A stretch of DNA of 64,000 bases from Octopus vulgaris. Lineage: Eukaryota. The notes beneath the pieces are model-generated. The model saw nothing but the letters and a program-made list of their open reading frames with translations, made no database searches and had not been told where the DNA came from. Position 1 is the first letter of the stretch, and the number at the start of each line of letters is the position of its first letter. Below are positions 28,412 through 43,123 of the stretch, in pieces. The DNA lies in the NCBI GenBank assembly GCA_951406725.2, contig OX597818.1, positions 34,286,001-34,350,000 of the forward strand, in the 5' to 3' direction. Position numbers and translations under genes: made by a program.

Positions 28412-28782
28412 TAAACTGGAAAGTTTTACAGATTTTTACAGTTCCAGAGATGCTTTCTCCTTTCTGGTTCTGAGAAGCCTATTTTCCCAAGATTAGCATT
28501 TAGGCAATTTCTATCAAGTATTAGTCTTCTCAAGGAATTTATGCCTTCATTTAGATTATTTCTATCTCTGTTCTCACTCCCAAAGCTCTTATTTAATAAG
28601 AGTGTATACATACATACATACATACATACATGTATATGTGTGTGTGTGTGTATTACAATGAGCAATGACCATTTTTTGTGGAAAGGCGATTTGACGTCTA
28701 TCTCTAGCGTATATGAATCCACTCAAGTGGTCATTCCTCTTATTAACTGTAATATATATATATGTATGTATGTATAAGTATA

Positions 28783-28831
<49 letters not shown>

Positions 28832-28946
28832 GTATATATATGTATATATATTTTTTTTTCTATTCCTGAGCGCTATACTAATACATCTGTTTGCTTTGTA
28901 CACCACCTGCCTTCGTTTTTTGTTTATTTTCGTAAACTTTCACTTT

Positions 28947-29007
<61 letters not shown>

Positions 29008-29012
<5 letters not shown>

Positions 29013-30063
29013 CGATGACTGTTTCATCTTTTGGAACAGATCAGAAGAGGACCTACAAACATTCCACAACATCCTCAATACGCTGCACCCATCTATCAAT
29101 TTCACAATAGATACCAGCCACAACGAACTTCCCTTCCTAGACATCAACATCAAAATACACAACTCCATCGTCACAACAGACATCCACTACAAAAAAACTG
29201 ACACACATCAATACTTAAATTTCCACTCCTGCCACCCATCCCACACAAAAAGAAACATCCCATATAGTATGGCACGACGAATATGTAGCATAGTAACTGA
29301 TTCACAAATACGATTAATAAGACTAGATGAACTCAAAAGCTTCCTCCTAGAGCAAAAATACCCCCTTAAACTAATAGAAAATGGAATCACAAGAGCATTA
29401 AAACTAGACATCACACAACTCAGGACACCCAAAACAAAAAACAAAGAAAACACTATCCCTTTTATAAACACACACAACCCTGGAGTTACCAACATCTTCC
29501 AAACCATACATTCAAACCTACCAATAGCCTTACAGAGCCCCAAAATGAAAAACATATTAAACAAATATAGCATAAAAAACAGTAGACGACAGGACAAAAA
29601 CCTAAAAAAACACCTAACAAGAGCGAAATTCTCTTCAGAAACTAAAACGGAATTCTTTGCAAAAGAGTGCGGAGATGGTAGATGTGGGACCTGCAGCAAC
29701 CCCACCTACAAATACATAGAGAGCAACAGAGAGATAAGATTTAAAAATGGTGTCATATTCAAAGTAAATGCAGATATGAACTGCAAGACGCAGAACGTCA
29801 TATACTGCATAACCTGCCCCACATGCAAGGAGAATTACGTAGGAGAAACTGGTAATTCTTTGTGCCAGCGAGCCAGGATCCACCGACAACATATTCGGCA
29901 GGAAGAACTACGCAAAATACCACTAAGCACACACCTAGCTACATGTGGAGAAGGAAAATTTAAGATATTTCCCTTCTACAAGTGTCCGAAGAATGACACC
30001 CCCTTCAGGAGGAATATGGAAAAACATTTCATAGCTAAGTTCTCCCCCAAATTAAATGGCTGA
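29008..30063 (+). mobile_element. Penelope-like element (Neptune-type): RT C-terminus, Cys linker and GIY-YIG endonuclease; 5'-truncated, frame open
   Basis: In-frame YLDDCFIFW...LHPSINFT...LPFLDI...YKKTDTHQYLNFHSCHP; linker CGDGRCGTC; VIYCITCPTCKENYVGET...RIHRQH (CCHH); ends FSPKLNG stop. Confidence 0.92.
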
Positions 30064-30583
30064 AACTTTACTCAACATACATTGAAGGAAAAATCTGTGT
30101 GTGTGTAGATGTGTGTATTGCCTGTTATATACATCATATTATATTATTATCTTTATAATTCACTTCCATCTTTACCCTTTAATTGTCACTTTAATTTTAA
30201 CTTTCCTATGACATACAACTTTCAAGATGGTATAATTTGGTTGTTCATTTTGAACCGATAAAAAGGTTTTTTCAAATATTTTATGTATAAGTCTGTGTGT
30301 GTGTGTGTATATATATGTGTTGGTATAAATATCAACACACAAAAATATTTTTTCTTCTCCACTTCCTCCCTTATTTTTATTTTTATTTTTATTTTTATTT
30401 TTTTATTTTTTATTCTTTATATTTTTATTTATTCTTTATATTTTTTTATTTTATTTTTTATTTTTGTTTTTATTTTATTTTATTTTTTTAATTTTTTAAT
30501 TTTTTATTTTTATTATTATTATTTTTATTTTCCCTTTTCTCTTTTTGTCTCTCTCCCCTTCTCCAAACACACAGACACACACA

Positions 30584-30623
<40 letters not shown>

Positions 30624-30833
30624 AAAACACACACAGACACACAGAGAGACACACACACACACACACCTCCACAGAATGATCATAGAAAGTGTGACCCCAA
30701 ATGACATTTGCCAGGCCAACCTATGCACAACACACACTCAGTGACATTGAAATGGACAGCCAAAGTTCTTATAAAACCACAGGGGGTCCAGCAGACCAAC
30801 GGAAATAACACTTCTTCACTCTCAGATATAAAT

Positions 30834-30909
<76 letters not shown>

Positions 30910-31138
30910 ACATATTTTCTCTCTGTCTCACTTCCTCCTCACCCACTACTACGAAACTATAAAAAGGTTCAAACTACCCACAACTGATTTGATTTGAAAA
31001 CCCACTAGAATGGGAGCAAGCGCTAATCCGAATGATATGATATATATGTAAAAAATGTAATATATAAATAAATATCTACAAATATGAACCATCTGATCTG
31101 ATTACCTCAATTTTTCTAATATATATATATATATATAC

Positions 31139-31264
<126 letters not shown>

Positions 31265-31362
31265 ATATATTCACCCACCATGCAATCATGCAATTTGAAC
31301 TTCATAAAATGAGGCTAACTCATATTCAGAAGAAGCAACCACATTGCTGTTTCCTATTATCC

Positions 31363-31412
<50 letters not shown>

Positions 31413-32255
31413 TCACCCACCATGCAATCATGCAATTTGAACTTCATAAAATGAGGCTAACTCATATTCAGAAGAAGCAACCACATTGCTGTTTCCTATT
31501 ATCTCTACAATATGGGAAAGAAGATGTAACGTTTATGTTAATTCCAAATTTAGGATCTTCAAATTAATGTATTTAGGGACTGCAACAGTCACTTCTATTC
31601 TTCTCCCTTCGATCTTTACATAAGTAAGGGAGATAAAACAATATACAAAGTTATCTCCCTTAGATTTATTATATTTTATTTTTCATTTTGAAACGCGAAA
31701 GAAATATTTACATTCTAATCTCACTGATAGTAGGAAATTAATCAATACATGTGTCGATATTTGGGAAATCTTATATACATATATATATATATATATGTGT
31801 GTGTATGTGTATATGTATATATATGTGCATGTGTGTTCTGTAAAATACAGAGAAGATTAAGCAGTAAACTTCACATGACAAAATTCGTTACTCGTAAATC
31901 TTAACAATTACTGCAATTAGAGAATTGTCAGAGTTGCTTCCCCTATTTTGGTGACTATCTACTTTTATATTTTGTATGCTTATCAGACTGGCATTTTAAT
32001 TGCTCTACTTACATTGTGTTTGAACAAATACTGGAGCACTTACAAGGTTGCTTCACTTGGTAGAAATATCAGCCATTGTCCCCTCGAATCACATCTACAA
32101 AATGAACAATGGAGTGATATATTTGGCAGTGTAGTTCCTGATATACAAAAAAATAGGGGACGGTTAAAGCTGGAATAACTTTGATCATAGGTATGTTCGA
32201 TAAGGAACGATGTGGATTAAAAACAAAACAGCAATGGTTGCATAAATAGGACAGA

Positions 32256-32636
32256 GGCGCAGGAGTGGCCGTGTGGTAAGTAGCTTGCTTACCAACCACA
32301 TGGTTCCGGGTTCTGTCCCACTCCGTGGCACCTTGGGCAAGTGTCTTGTACTATAGCCTCGGGCCGACCAAAGCCTTGTGAGTGGATTTGGTAGACGGAA
32401 ACTGAAAGAAGCCCGTCGTATATATGTATATGTATATATATGTATATATATATGTGTGTGTGTGTGTACTGGTGTGTTTACGTCTCTGTAACTTAGCGGT
32501 TCGGCAAAAGAGACCGATAGAATAAGTACTAGGCTTACAAAGAATAAGTCCTGGGGTCGATTTGCTCGACTAAAGGCGGTGCTCCAGCATGACCGCAGTC
32601 AAATGACTGAAACAAGTAAAAGAGTAAAGAGTAAAG
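32256..32636 (+). mobile_element. SINE family A
   Basis: Full match. Confidence 0.88.
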
Positions 32637-32953
32637 ATATGTAGAGCAGCATTAGTATTAATCGCTTTATGTGAGCTGCTCAGCTGGTTTGGGCTCGAAG
32701 CACCCATGGTAAATAACTAGGAGCACAACTGCGAGCTTAAGCCCTTCATGCCTGTGACTAAGAAGATATAGTAAAACTAATCAGTAGACACTTCTGACTC
32801 CACCGACCCTATTCATCTCTAAGAGAACATGAAGATACATAGAAACGGTTGCTATGTTTGACCCCTCAACATTCTCCCACAACAACAGACTCTTCAATCA
32901 TGAGGATGTGGATATTCATTCACTCCTTTAAGTGTACTGCAAATGCTGTTTTC

Positions 32954-32958
32954 GCTGC

Positions 32959-33024
<66 letters not shown>

Positions 33025-33243
33025 GGAGGAGGAGGAGGAGGAGGAGGAGGAGGAGGAGGAGGATTCTACTTCTGTTGTTGCTGTGCTGCTGCTGCTTTTG
33101 TTGTTGTCGTCGTTGTTATCTTGTTGTTGTTGGTGTTGCTGTTCTTCTTCTTCTTCTTCTTCTTCTTCTTCTTCTTCTTCTTCTTCTTCTTCTTCTTCTT
33201 CTTCTTCTTCCTCTTGCTGCTGGTGCTGCTGCTGCGGTTGTTG
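32954..33243. repeat. Compound trinucleotide array (GCT)(GAT)(GAG)(GTT)(CTT)
   Basis: Direct reading. Confidence 0.9.
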
Positions 33244-33667
33244 TTATAGGTCTCAGCTCCAGAAAAAGGAGAAATGCCCATACACCTAGCAGTCATGTTT
33301 ACCTAAGATTAGCTGTGTGCTTTGGTGTCGTGTTTAGCACTAATTTCTCCCACCATGGTACTTGCAGGTTAACAATAGACAAAAAAAGGTGTTCCTTCCA
33401 GGTGGCTGCAGTTTCAAAGATAAAGGATTGAAGAAACAGTTTAATCCAGGGTTCTGGGGCCTCCCAAACACAGATGGATTGACGACAGGGAGAAACGGAG
33501 GAACTGTATAGCTCTGGGTCAGAATGGCAGACAGTATGTTGTATGTCTTTGTAAAATAAATAAATAAATAAATAAATAAAAAAGAGGGGATAGTTTAAAG
33601 TGGGACATGTTTGACGATAGGTCTGCACTTCAGTGCTGAATTAGAGATAAACTACAAGGGTAACAGT

Positions 33668-33965
33668 GGAGGCACATGGCCTACTGGTTAGAGCAGCGGA
33701 CTCGCGGTCAAGGGATCGCGGGTTCGAATCTTAGACCGGGCGATGTGTGTGTTTATGAGCAAAGCACCTAAGCTCCACGCGGCTCCAGCAGAAGGTAATG
33801 GCGAAATTCTACTGACTTTTTCGCCACAACTTTTTCTCACTCTTTCCTCCTGCATCTTGCAGCTCACCTGCGACAGACCAGCGTCCCGTCCAGGTGGGGA
33901 ACCTATACGCCAATGAAACCGGGAAACCAGCTCTTTATGAGCCAGACATGGCTTGAGAAGGAACA
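33668..33965 (+). mobile_element. SINE family C variant with a different 3' half
   Basis: Head and body shared to CACAACTTT.TCTCACTCTTTCCTCCTG, then unrelated sequence. Confidence 0.7.
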
Positions 33966-34560
33966 AACAAAAACAAGAGTAACAACAATATCAACATCAT
34001 CATCATCATCACCAAAATCACCATCATTATCATCATCGTCGTCGTCATCATCCTCAACATCATTTGCGCCAACATTGTCTATAGAGTGTTGTTGAGAAAA
34101 CGGCTTGCGTATCATTAGGGTGAGTTTATGTAACCTAGAATGTATGTTTGTATAAAGAGCAGTTTTTACTTTCAAAATACATAGCTAGTAGTTTGGACCA
34201 CATTTAATTTAGAGTTATCATTATCGATGAACGAGGAAACTTCGACAAGGTTGCTTGATATACTAGAAAACAGCAGCTAAATTTCCCTTAAACCACACCA
34301 TACTGTCTTAAATACAGAGAGAACAGATTAACTAATGAGGTTATGAGTAGAATACTGGAATGCCTTTGACCATTAAGCTGTTCTGTCAGGGATGATCTGG
34401 GACTAAATGACTACAATAGCAGGCACCAAAGACGTAAACTTTAAGTCGGTGGTTCTCAACCATATTTTGCCTATGGACCCACTGAGTTCTAATTTTACTC
34501 TAGTGCCTCCCACCCCGATTCATTCGATGTTTAAAAAATTGCAGGCGTGGCTGTATGGTA

Positions 34561-34787
34561 AGACGGCGAACTGGCAGAAATGTTAGTACGCCAGGCGAAA
34601 TGCTTTGCGGTATTTCGTCTGCCGCTACGTTCTGAGTTCAAATTCTGCCGAGATCGACTTTGCCTTTCATCCTTTCGGGGTCGATTAAATAAGTACCAGT
34701 TACGCACTGGGGTCGATATAATCGACTTAATCCGTTTGTCTGTCCTCTCTGTGTCTAGCCCCTTGTGAGCAGTAAAGAAATAGAAAT
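34561..34787 (+). mobile_element. SINE family B
   Basis: Full match. Confidence 0.85.
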
Positions 34788-35224
34788 AAAGGCTACATTG
34801 TCGACCGGAATTTCAACAGTGGATGAAAAAATTTGAAAGTTCATATTCCACGGGTAGCCTTTAACTTTTTCCATCCAAGAGATTTTTTTTAAACCCAATA
34901 TTCTACAAGTCGTTATGTATTGCTTTAGCTACCGTTAGTTTCCTTTCCGTTTTCTGTTTCTTTTTATCTAACAACTTCATACAACTGTAGTTGAACAATG
35001 GACCAACAAAACTAAAAATACAAACATGAATATATTAATAAGAAAAAAACTGCAAAGTGAGATCAATTGCAATTGTGTGCATAAAATTCAATGATTTCGT
35101 TGTTCCTGCTTCTCGTTCATGACTTTATCAAAATGCTGAACTTTCTCGCTTTCTCTCTGTTATATCGCAATACTACACAGTGGCTGTGTGAGCATCTCAT
35201 CCTCGTCACCACTGTTATGTCGCA

Positions 35225-35614
35225 CGTTCGGATGTCCTCTACTCAACTCTGCTCTACTCTCGCCGCTACTCTCCCCAACTCTTCTCTCGACATCTAGGCT
35301 TCTCCCTCTATATCTACGTATTGGGCTAGCCTACTTCATCGGCTGGGGGCGTCCACACAACACTCTCGTAATCCATATGTCTGATTGAGAATGCGGGCAA
35401 TATCTGGATATAGTCTTGACGTTCGGATGTCCTCTACTCAACTCTGCTCTACTCTCACCGCTACTCTCCCCAACTCTTCTCTCGACATCTAGGCTTCTCC
35501 CTCTATATCTACGTATTGGGCTAGCCTACTTCATCGGATGGGGTCGTCCACACAACACTCTCGTAATCCATATGTCTGATTGAGGATGCGGGCAATATCT
35601 GGATATTGTCTTGA
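35225..35614. repeat. 195-bp tandem duplication (2 copies)
   Basis: CGTTCGGATGTCCTCTACTC...GTCTTGA repeated with few mismatches. Confidence 0.9.
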
Positions 35615-35785
35615 CTGACAACAGAGAACTGATACACGTAAGTATATCATTGCAAATGGAATCAGGACACAGTTCACAGTTCTTGGTCATTATCTCAGAT
35701 CTACGGATATAGAATAATAAAGTTTTTGGTGTGTTTGATAGAATGTGTTTAGAATAACACAAGAAAGAATCGCAAGAGAGATTAT

Positions 35786-36018
35786 TTAACCCTTTAGTAT
35801 TTAAACAAGCCATATAAGGCCTATTCTACCTATCTATTTTATGTTCAAACTGGCCTGATTTGGTCCCTAATATCAACCTTACAACGTCATTCTAAAAATT
35901 GAATCATCTCACCAAAATCTCAAACTCTCGAAGCTACAAGATAATGGTAGATTTATTCAAGACATATGAATAAATAAGCATGACATTTGACAGAATAATG
36001 TGAACGCTAAATGGTTAA
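35786..36018. mobile_element. TTAA-flanked piggyBac-like MITE
   Basis: TTAA-CCCTTTAGTATT ... AACGCTAAATGG-TTAA imperfect TIRs. Confidence 0.6.
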
Positions 36019-36799
36019 GCCGAGCCAATCGGTAAGAGATCTTAAGATAAACCAAGAATGAGATGCTTGGATAATATCTATAGTCTCAATTGGTCGCGCT
36101 TGAGAATCAAGCCACAAATTGTAATAACGGTTGCTCCTGATAGGATCTTATAGACAAGATGCCAGAGGATCCTACCTTCATGACATTTCCAGGAATAGTA
36201 AGCAGAGAAGATGGCTGGACAGATGCAAAGCTAGATGGATGCTTGCATGGGTAATACATTAAAGTTATTTTTAAAAGTTATTTCAATAACTATATTTTGA
36301 AAAGCGATCTTAAAAAAGTATACTCTTTCTTTGACACAATCCCTAATATGCTATCTCTCACTTTAAGAGAGTTCGGCCTCCCTAAATTGGGAACCGCAAC
36401 TTTACGTGAGTACCCGATTTCTAGAACTATCAGCTAAATATCCTTCAAATTACACCCGACAGTTTAAAAAAACGTAGGACACATTATATTAATATAGACT
36501 TCGGTGTATTAACCCAATGGAGACAACTATGGCTGTATGCTTAAGAAATTTGTTTCGCAATCACGATCTGATTAGATCCCATTGAGTAGCATCTTAAACA
36601 AGTTTTGCCATAGGCTCAGGCTGACTCAAGCCTTGTGAGCGAAAAAGGGTAAACGGAAACTGTTAGGAATTCCGTAAGATTGGATTGTACCCGAAATTCA
36701 AATGACCAGGTTTGTCATACCCTGTATCATACTGATTCTCCCTAAGAGTTTCGTCGAAGGACACAAATTTTCCGTGGGATACTCAGTCACTTACACGCA

Positions 36800-37024
36800 T
36801 TCTTTTATTCTTTTATTCTTTTACTTGTTTCAGACATCTGATTGTGGCCATGCTGGAGCAGTGCCTTTAATCGAGCAAATCGATCCCAGGACTTATTCTT
36901 TGTAAGCCTAGTACTTATTCTATCGGTCTCTTTTGCCGAACCGCTAAGATACGGGGACGTAAACACTCCAGCATCGGTTGTCAAGCGATGTTAGCGGGAC
37001 AAACACAGACACACAAACATATAT

Positions 37025-37074
<50 letters not shown>

Positions 37075-37230
37075 GACAGGCTTCTTTCAGTTTCCGTCTA
37101 CCAAATCCACTCACAAGGCTTTGGTCGGCCCAAGGCTGTAGTAGAACACACTTGCCCAAGGTGCCACGCAGTGGGAATGAACCCGGAACCATGTGGTTTG
37201 TAAGCAAGCTACTTACCACACAGCCACTCT
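36800..37230 (-). mobile_element. SINE family A
   Basis: Full match. Confidence 0.87.
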
Positions 37231-37305
37231 AACCCTTCTGTTGATCGAACAATACAATTGAAACAATCATCGTCGAAACCGACGTTGATCCCTTTTTACT
37301 ACTTC

Positions 37306-37492
37306 TACGAGGCGGAGCGGAAAAGTTCCTGACTCGCGAAAGGCCTAGCTGGAGGTCCAACCTTCCGAGTTCTTTTACAGGGCTTAGAAAAACTCAAGAA
37401 CCTCTGAGAGGGGAATATGTTGGATAAAATCATAATTAAATTATCCTTCTGTATTTTCTTTCACCCAAAGCCAGGAACTTTTCAGCACCGCT
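37306..37492. mobile_element. Mariner-derived MITE
   Basis: TACGAGGCGGAGCGGAAAAGTTCCTG ... CAGGAACTTTTCAGCACC TIRs. Confidence 0.65.
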
Positions 37493-37988
37493 CCCCCCAC
37501 CCATACGCACACACCTCACTTCGTAGAATATAAAAGCGTGAGCGAAGATGCTAAACAACAGCAACAACAACAACAGCAGCAAAAACAACATTAATTACAA
37601 CAATAACGACAGCAACAATAATAGCCGCACCGTATCCACCATCCACTGTTTATCAATTTTACCATTTTCCATTTACCACCACCACTACCACGACCAACTT
37701 AAGTACAACCGCACCACGCAGAACCTTAGCTCACTATCACCTTCTACTCCCACCACCACCACCACCACCACCACCATCACCAGAGTCTGCAACCATCTAA
37801 TGCAGTTTACAGCCTCCTACTGTGGTCGTTATCAATACTAACACCGCAACCACGATTAACAAACACTTCGATGAATACTTCTTTTAGCACTGTTTACCAC
37901 CTTTACCATCGTAATCAACCCCCTTACCACTGGCACCACCACCGCCAATGCCATCACAGGAACATGCACTAACACAACCACCACTTGC

Positions 37989-38024
<36 letters not shown>

Positions 38025-38358
38025 AATAATAGCAACATTGTCTCTCATAACTGAAATACAAGCTTGATAAACGTTTAATATACAACACAAGTGGATTCAG
38101 CAATGTCCAGCGGCGTTTCCAATAATTTCGGACATCGGAACGATGGAACAAGCATCTACTTCAACATACTCGCCGCCTACACAGGCAAGCATGTGTGACG
38201 CACGCATACATATACATATATATATATATGTATATATATATATCGGCATACGCGTGCACATGCACACGCACACATACACACAGAAACACATACACACACA
38301 CACACACACACGCACGCACTTTCACTTTCTCATTCTCACTCTTTCTCTCTCTCTCTCG

Positions 38359-38401
<43 letters not shown>

Positions 38402-38486
38402 GATCTTTCTCACTGTGTTTCTTTGTCTTAAACACACACACACACATATACACACATGCACACACGTACATGAACACACACACATT

Positions 38487-38625
<139 letters not shown>

Positions 38626-38663
38626 GTATATATATATGTACATACACACATACACACACACAC

Positions 38664-38713
<50 letters not shown>

Positions 38714-38883
38714 GTGTTTGTACCTCTGTGTGTATTTACGTACATCTATACAAACCGACACGCAATTATAATGGCACCATGAGAGACACCACTGCTCACC
38801 ACCACCACCACCACCACCCATATCACAGCTATCACCACTACCATCACAACTACCACTACTACCACTATCACTAATTCTAACTA

Positions 38884-38914
<31 letters not shown>

Positions 38915-39718
38915 ACCCACCAATATCACTACCTCCACGAATACATCTATAGATGTTAGCAATCTGTCCAGCTGCGGCTGTAAAAACAGAAATAAACAAA
39001 GAAATGAGAAAAACGCAGAATGTAAACCAATATTATTGTGTGTCTGATTAAGAACAATTTACTGTTGTAATGTAATCAAATTGGTAAAGGTTTCGTGTGG
39101 GCAATGGAACTAGTCTCTGTGGTGGTGGTGGTGGTGGTGGTGGTGGTGGTGGTGGTGGTGGTGGTGGTGGTGGTGGTGGTGGTAGTGGTGAGTGTTTTGT
39201 TTTTGTTTTTTTGATTGGTGGTGGTGGTGGGGTGAGTGCGTAAATGTGTGAGCATGTGTGTGTTTATGTATGTTTGGGTATGAGTTGGTGTGTGTGTTTG
39301 GGTAAGTTGTGTGTATGTGTGTATGTGTTTTGGTGAGTTGAGTGTGTGTGTATGAGTCTGTGTTTGTGAGTGTGTGTGTATGTATGAGTGTGTTTGTGTG
39401 TGTGTGTGTGTGTGTATGAGTGTGTGTGTGTGTGTGTGTGTATGTATGAGTGTGTGTTTGTGTGTGTATGAGTGTGTGTTTGTGCGTGTGTGTGTTTTTG
39501 GGTGTATGGTGGAGGTGTTTTGGGTGAGTGTTTGTTTGTGTTGTGTGTCTGGGTATGTGTCAGTGTGTGTGTGTGTTAGTGTGAATATGTATGTGTTTGG
39601 CCGTATCAGTTTTTACGTGTGTGTGCGTGTGTGTGCGTGTGTGTGTGTTTGAAGGATGTAAGTGTATGTGAGTATATGTGTGTGTTTCAGCACGTGTGAA
39701 TTTGTGTCAGTATACGTA

Positions 39719-39798
<80 letters not shown>

Positions 39799-39999
39799 AA
39801 GGAAGTATGTGTTGTATGGGTAGCAGTAACGCTGTGTTTTGTGTGTTGCATACGAATAAGAAGGTAAACATAGAGGAAGGAACTCAACAAGCCAGAATGA
39901 CTGAGAAATGCGCTTGGAAATCACGTGGTCTAACTTGTCTTTTTGTTTTGTTGTTTTTTTTTTGTTTTCTTTTGTTTTTGTCATATGAAAGAAATCGTT

Positions 40000-40880
40000 G
40001 TATAGAGTGCTCAGGTGCACTACAACTAAGGAAAAACAGATGCCATCAGGTGTACTGTTGGTGGATTTCAGGAAGCAGGGAAGTTTTGAAGGATATAGTG
40101 TCTCGACAGCTAGCGACTGATGTGGCTAGTTTGCTTCATGCTTCAACAATTCTGAGCGAGGAAAATGTTTCCGAAATTCATTGGTGCTGTGTTGTTTTGG
40201 GGATTTTGCAAGCATGCTCACGAGTGTTTGGCATATGGAATTCAAAAAGGTGCCCAATGTTGTTGTTGTTGTTGAAGAGATGGTGAACAATCTTGCGCGT
40301 GTCTACCAAGTCAGTTGCCAGACGTCTGAACTTCATTGTATCCATACCCAGGGAAGCAAAACGTTCAGAGTATGATAGATGCCTGACGGCGAGTATTCGT
40401 TTTGTGGCCCGTCTTTGAACAGTTTCCAGGAGATTGATATACTGAGCAAGATAGGAGTTCCAAACTGGTGATGCAAATTTTAAGTGTGGACTTACCATTG
40501 TCATATACAGTCTTAAATAGATAGCTGGAGAGCGGCTGGCAAAGGTCTTACTAAGTGACGCTAGGATATACTCAGCCTTCTCGACAATCTTAGTGATGTG
40601 GTTTGGCCAACGTAGATCGCTGTTTACAATAATATCCAGATCACGTTCACTAGCAGACGTCTTGAGATTGGTGTTGTTGAGGGAGTATGTAAAGGCTTGG
40701 TTTTTCCTCCCAAAGTGCATGGTGACGCACTTGTTTCCAGCTAGTTTGAGTTGCTAGTCAGAAATCCATTGTTGCATTGTGCCCAGGTCTAATTGCAGGA
40801 AAGATCTATAGCGCATCGGATTTGTTCTTTTTATCTCAAGGTACATCTGCATATTTCAACACTGTAACATTCTTCATTCG
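40000..40880 (-). mobile_element. Decayed CR1/Jockey-group LINE 3' part (second family)
   Basis: MHFGRKN...ERDLDIIVNSDLRWPNHI...VSPHLKFASPVWN...LETVQRRATK...LSYSER. Confidence 0.85.
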
Positions 40881-41914
40881 ATTCCATTGCGGAGCATCTT
40901 GGATTTTTATCGTAGCTTAGAGCTGATCCATGTGGAATTCCAATTGGACAGACGGAAACCGAGGCCAGAAGAAAGTTCATCGGATGGGTTGTACGTATAA
41001 TTCAAATGTTCCAGTTATATCACACACTGTGTAACGCTGATTGAAGATGAAGGTATACTAGTGCGAGGAATATTCAACCATCTGCTGTACAATTCAATGA
41101 TTAGGTTGTTCAGATGATAGAACTGAATATACAACGATGAAACCGACGGAGACTCATTTTTCTTATTGAACATAAGTGGAAGACATAGGTGGACGTAGGT
41201 GGATGTAGGTGGACATGATTGCGTCTCCCACCCACACCGTCATCTGCGCTCTTGCCCTTTATTCTTCTCCTCCTCCTTATCCTCCTCGTCTAAACAATAC
41301 CTTCACCACTATCACCACTACTACAACAACAACCACTGTCACACTTCAGTGATAAATAGCCACAAGGCATGAGACAGACAGCAAATTAATGTTTGAGTAC
41401 GGAGTAGGTAGGTGGTCGTGGTCATGGTGGCAATGATGTACATGGTGATGGCGACGGTGGTGGTGGTGGTGGTAGTGGTGGTGGTGGTGGTGGTGGTGGT
41501 GGTGGCAGCAGTGGTGGCGGCAGCAGTGGCGGCGGCAGCAGCGGCGGCGGCAGCAGCGGCGGCGGCAGCGGCGACAGCGGCGGCAGCGGCGGCAGTAGCG
41601 ACAGCGGGGCGCTGGTGGTGATGGTGATAGCGGTAGTGGTGGTGGTGGTTGTGGTGGTGGTGGTGGTGGTGCTGCTGCTGCTGCTACTGCTGATCTGCTA
41701 TTGCTGCCGCTGTTTTGACATTGGCGATGCTGCTTGGTGCTAGTGGTGTAGGCGGTGAGGACGAGGGTGAGAATGAGCATGGTGATGATGACGATGATGA
41801 TGATGATGATGATGATGATGAGAAGGAGATTTAGCTGCTATTTCTAGCAGCGCTATCGATCACATAGTGATACTCCCTCCCTTATGGTGATGGTAGTAGT
41901 GATGATGTTAACAA

Positions 41915-41957
<43 letters not shown>

Positions 41958-42585
41958 ACTTAGTGGAGGTGGTGTATATTGAAGTTCCGTATAATCACAT
42001 CTGTCAGCTCGCACGGAAAAGAGGTATATATTTTAATTAAACAATGAAACAATAGAATTATGACAGTAATTCATATTGCGTGATTAACACCACATACTGT
42101 TGTGCGCGTGCGCGTGTGTGAGGTGAGCGTGCGTGCGCGCGCGCGTGTGTGTGTGTGTGTGTGGTATTGGTTGGGTGTTTGGGTAGTGTGTGTTAGCGTG
42201 TGTTTATACTGCAGTTTGGTATTAAAACATATCAATTTCTAACTTAAAGGTTGAGGATATCTTCTAAGTTGGTGAACAAATTAAAAAACAACTCACGGGG
42301 CTAGAATGGCACAAATGGATGAAGTATTGGGAGAGGGGAGATGGAAAGGAAAAAAAAAGAAAGAAAGAAGAAAGGAAAGAAAGAAAAAGAGAGAATTCTT
42401 GAATTTTTAAGACGTCCTAAAACGAGAGAAAAAAGAAAAGAAAATTTGCATATATACACATACATACATACATACATACATATGATATATTCTCTATATT
42501 ATATACATATATTATATATTGTGAAATTTGATTTAGAATTACTAAATTGAATTTTTCCCTGTAAGTTTGGAATTATATTCCCTAA

Positions 42586-42671
<86 letters not shown>

Positions 42672-42683
<12 letters not shown>

Positions 42684-42926
42684 GAGGGTAAAAATTAATA
42701 TTAATCAAATTAATATCAATTTAAACCAGTGGCCTAACATATTTTTTAAAAAAAAACGAATATTCAGAAAAATTATATTACATACATATAAGAGAAATGA
42801 CCACTAGGTGGATTCCTAATATGCTAAAGATAGACCCCATATAGTCTGACCCCTAAAAAAATGTTCTCAAGAAATTTCGGCAAACGCCAGAACATAAAGC
42901 GAGCAAGACAAATGAAACGATGCAAA

Positions 42927-42930
<4 letters not shown>
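42672..42930 (+). repeat. (TA)n-flanked dispersed repeat, possible PLE terminus
   Basis: Homologous to 60150-60400 and, in reverse, to 28680-28745. Confidence 0.7.
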
Positions 42931-42963
<33 letters not shown>

Positions 42964-43123
42964 TAAAGATCAGGCTTAGTGGTGGATTTCACGCTCCCTT
43001 CCAGTATCCAGTGTAGTTCGACGCAGGACATCAATCGTGGGATAGGATAGTGTGCGATATACGAGTCAAAGAAAAGAAATAATAATAATATACAGAAAAC
43101 AGGTATAGTATTCAGTGTTTTAT

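Noticed and set aside
34446-34530. hAT/Charlie-like MITE start CGGTGGTTCTCAACC
   Set aside because: Only one end is clear and it is interrupted by SINEs; too weak to delimit
41346-41960. Poly-Pro/His/Ala ORFs resembling transcription-factor low-complexity exons
   Set aside because: Compound trinucleotide repeats with no recognisable domain or splice frame
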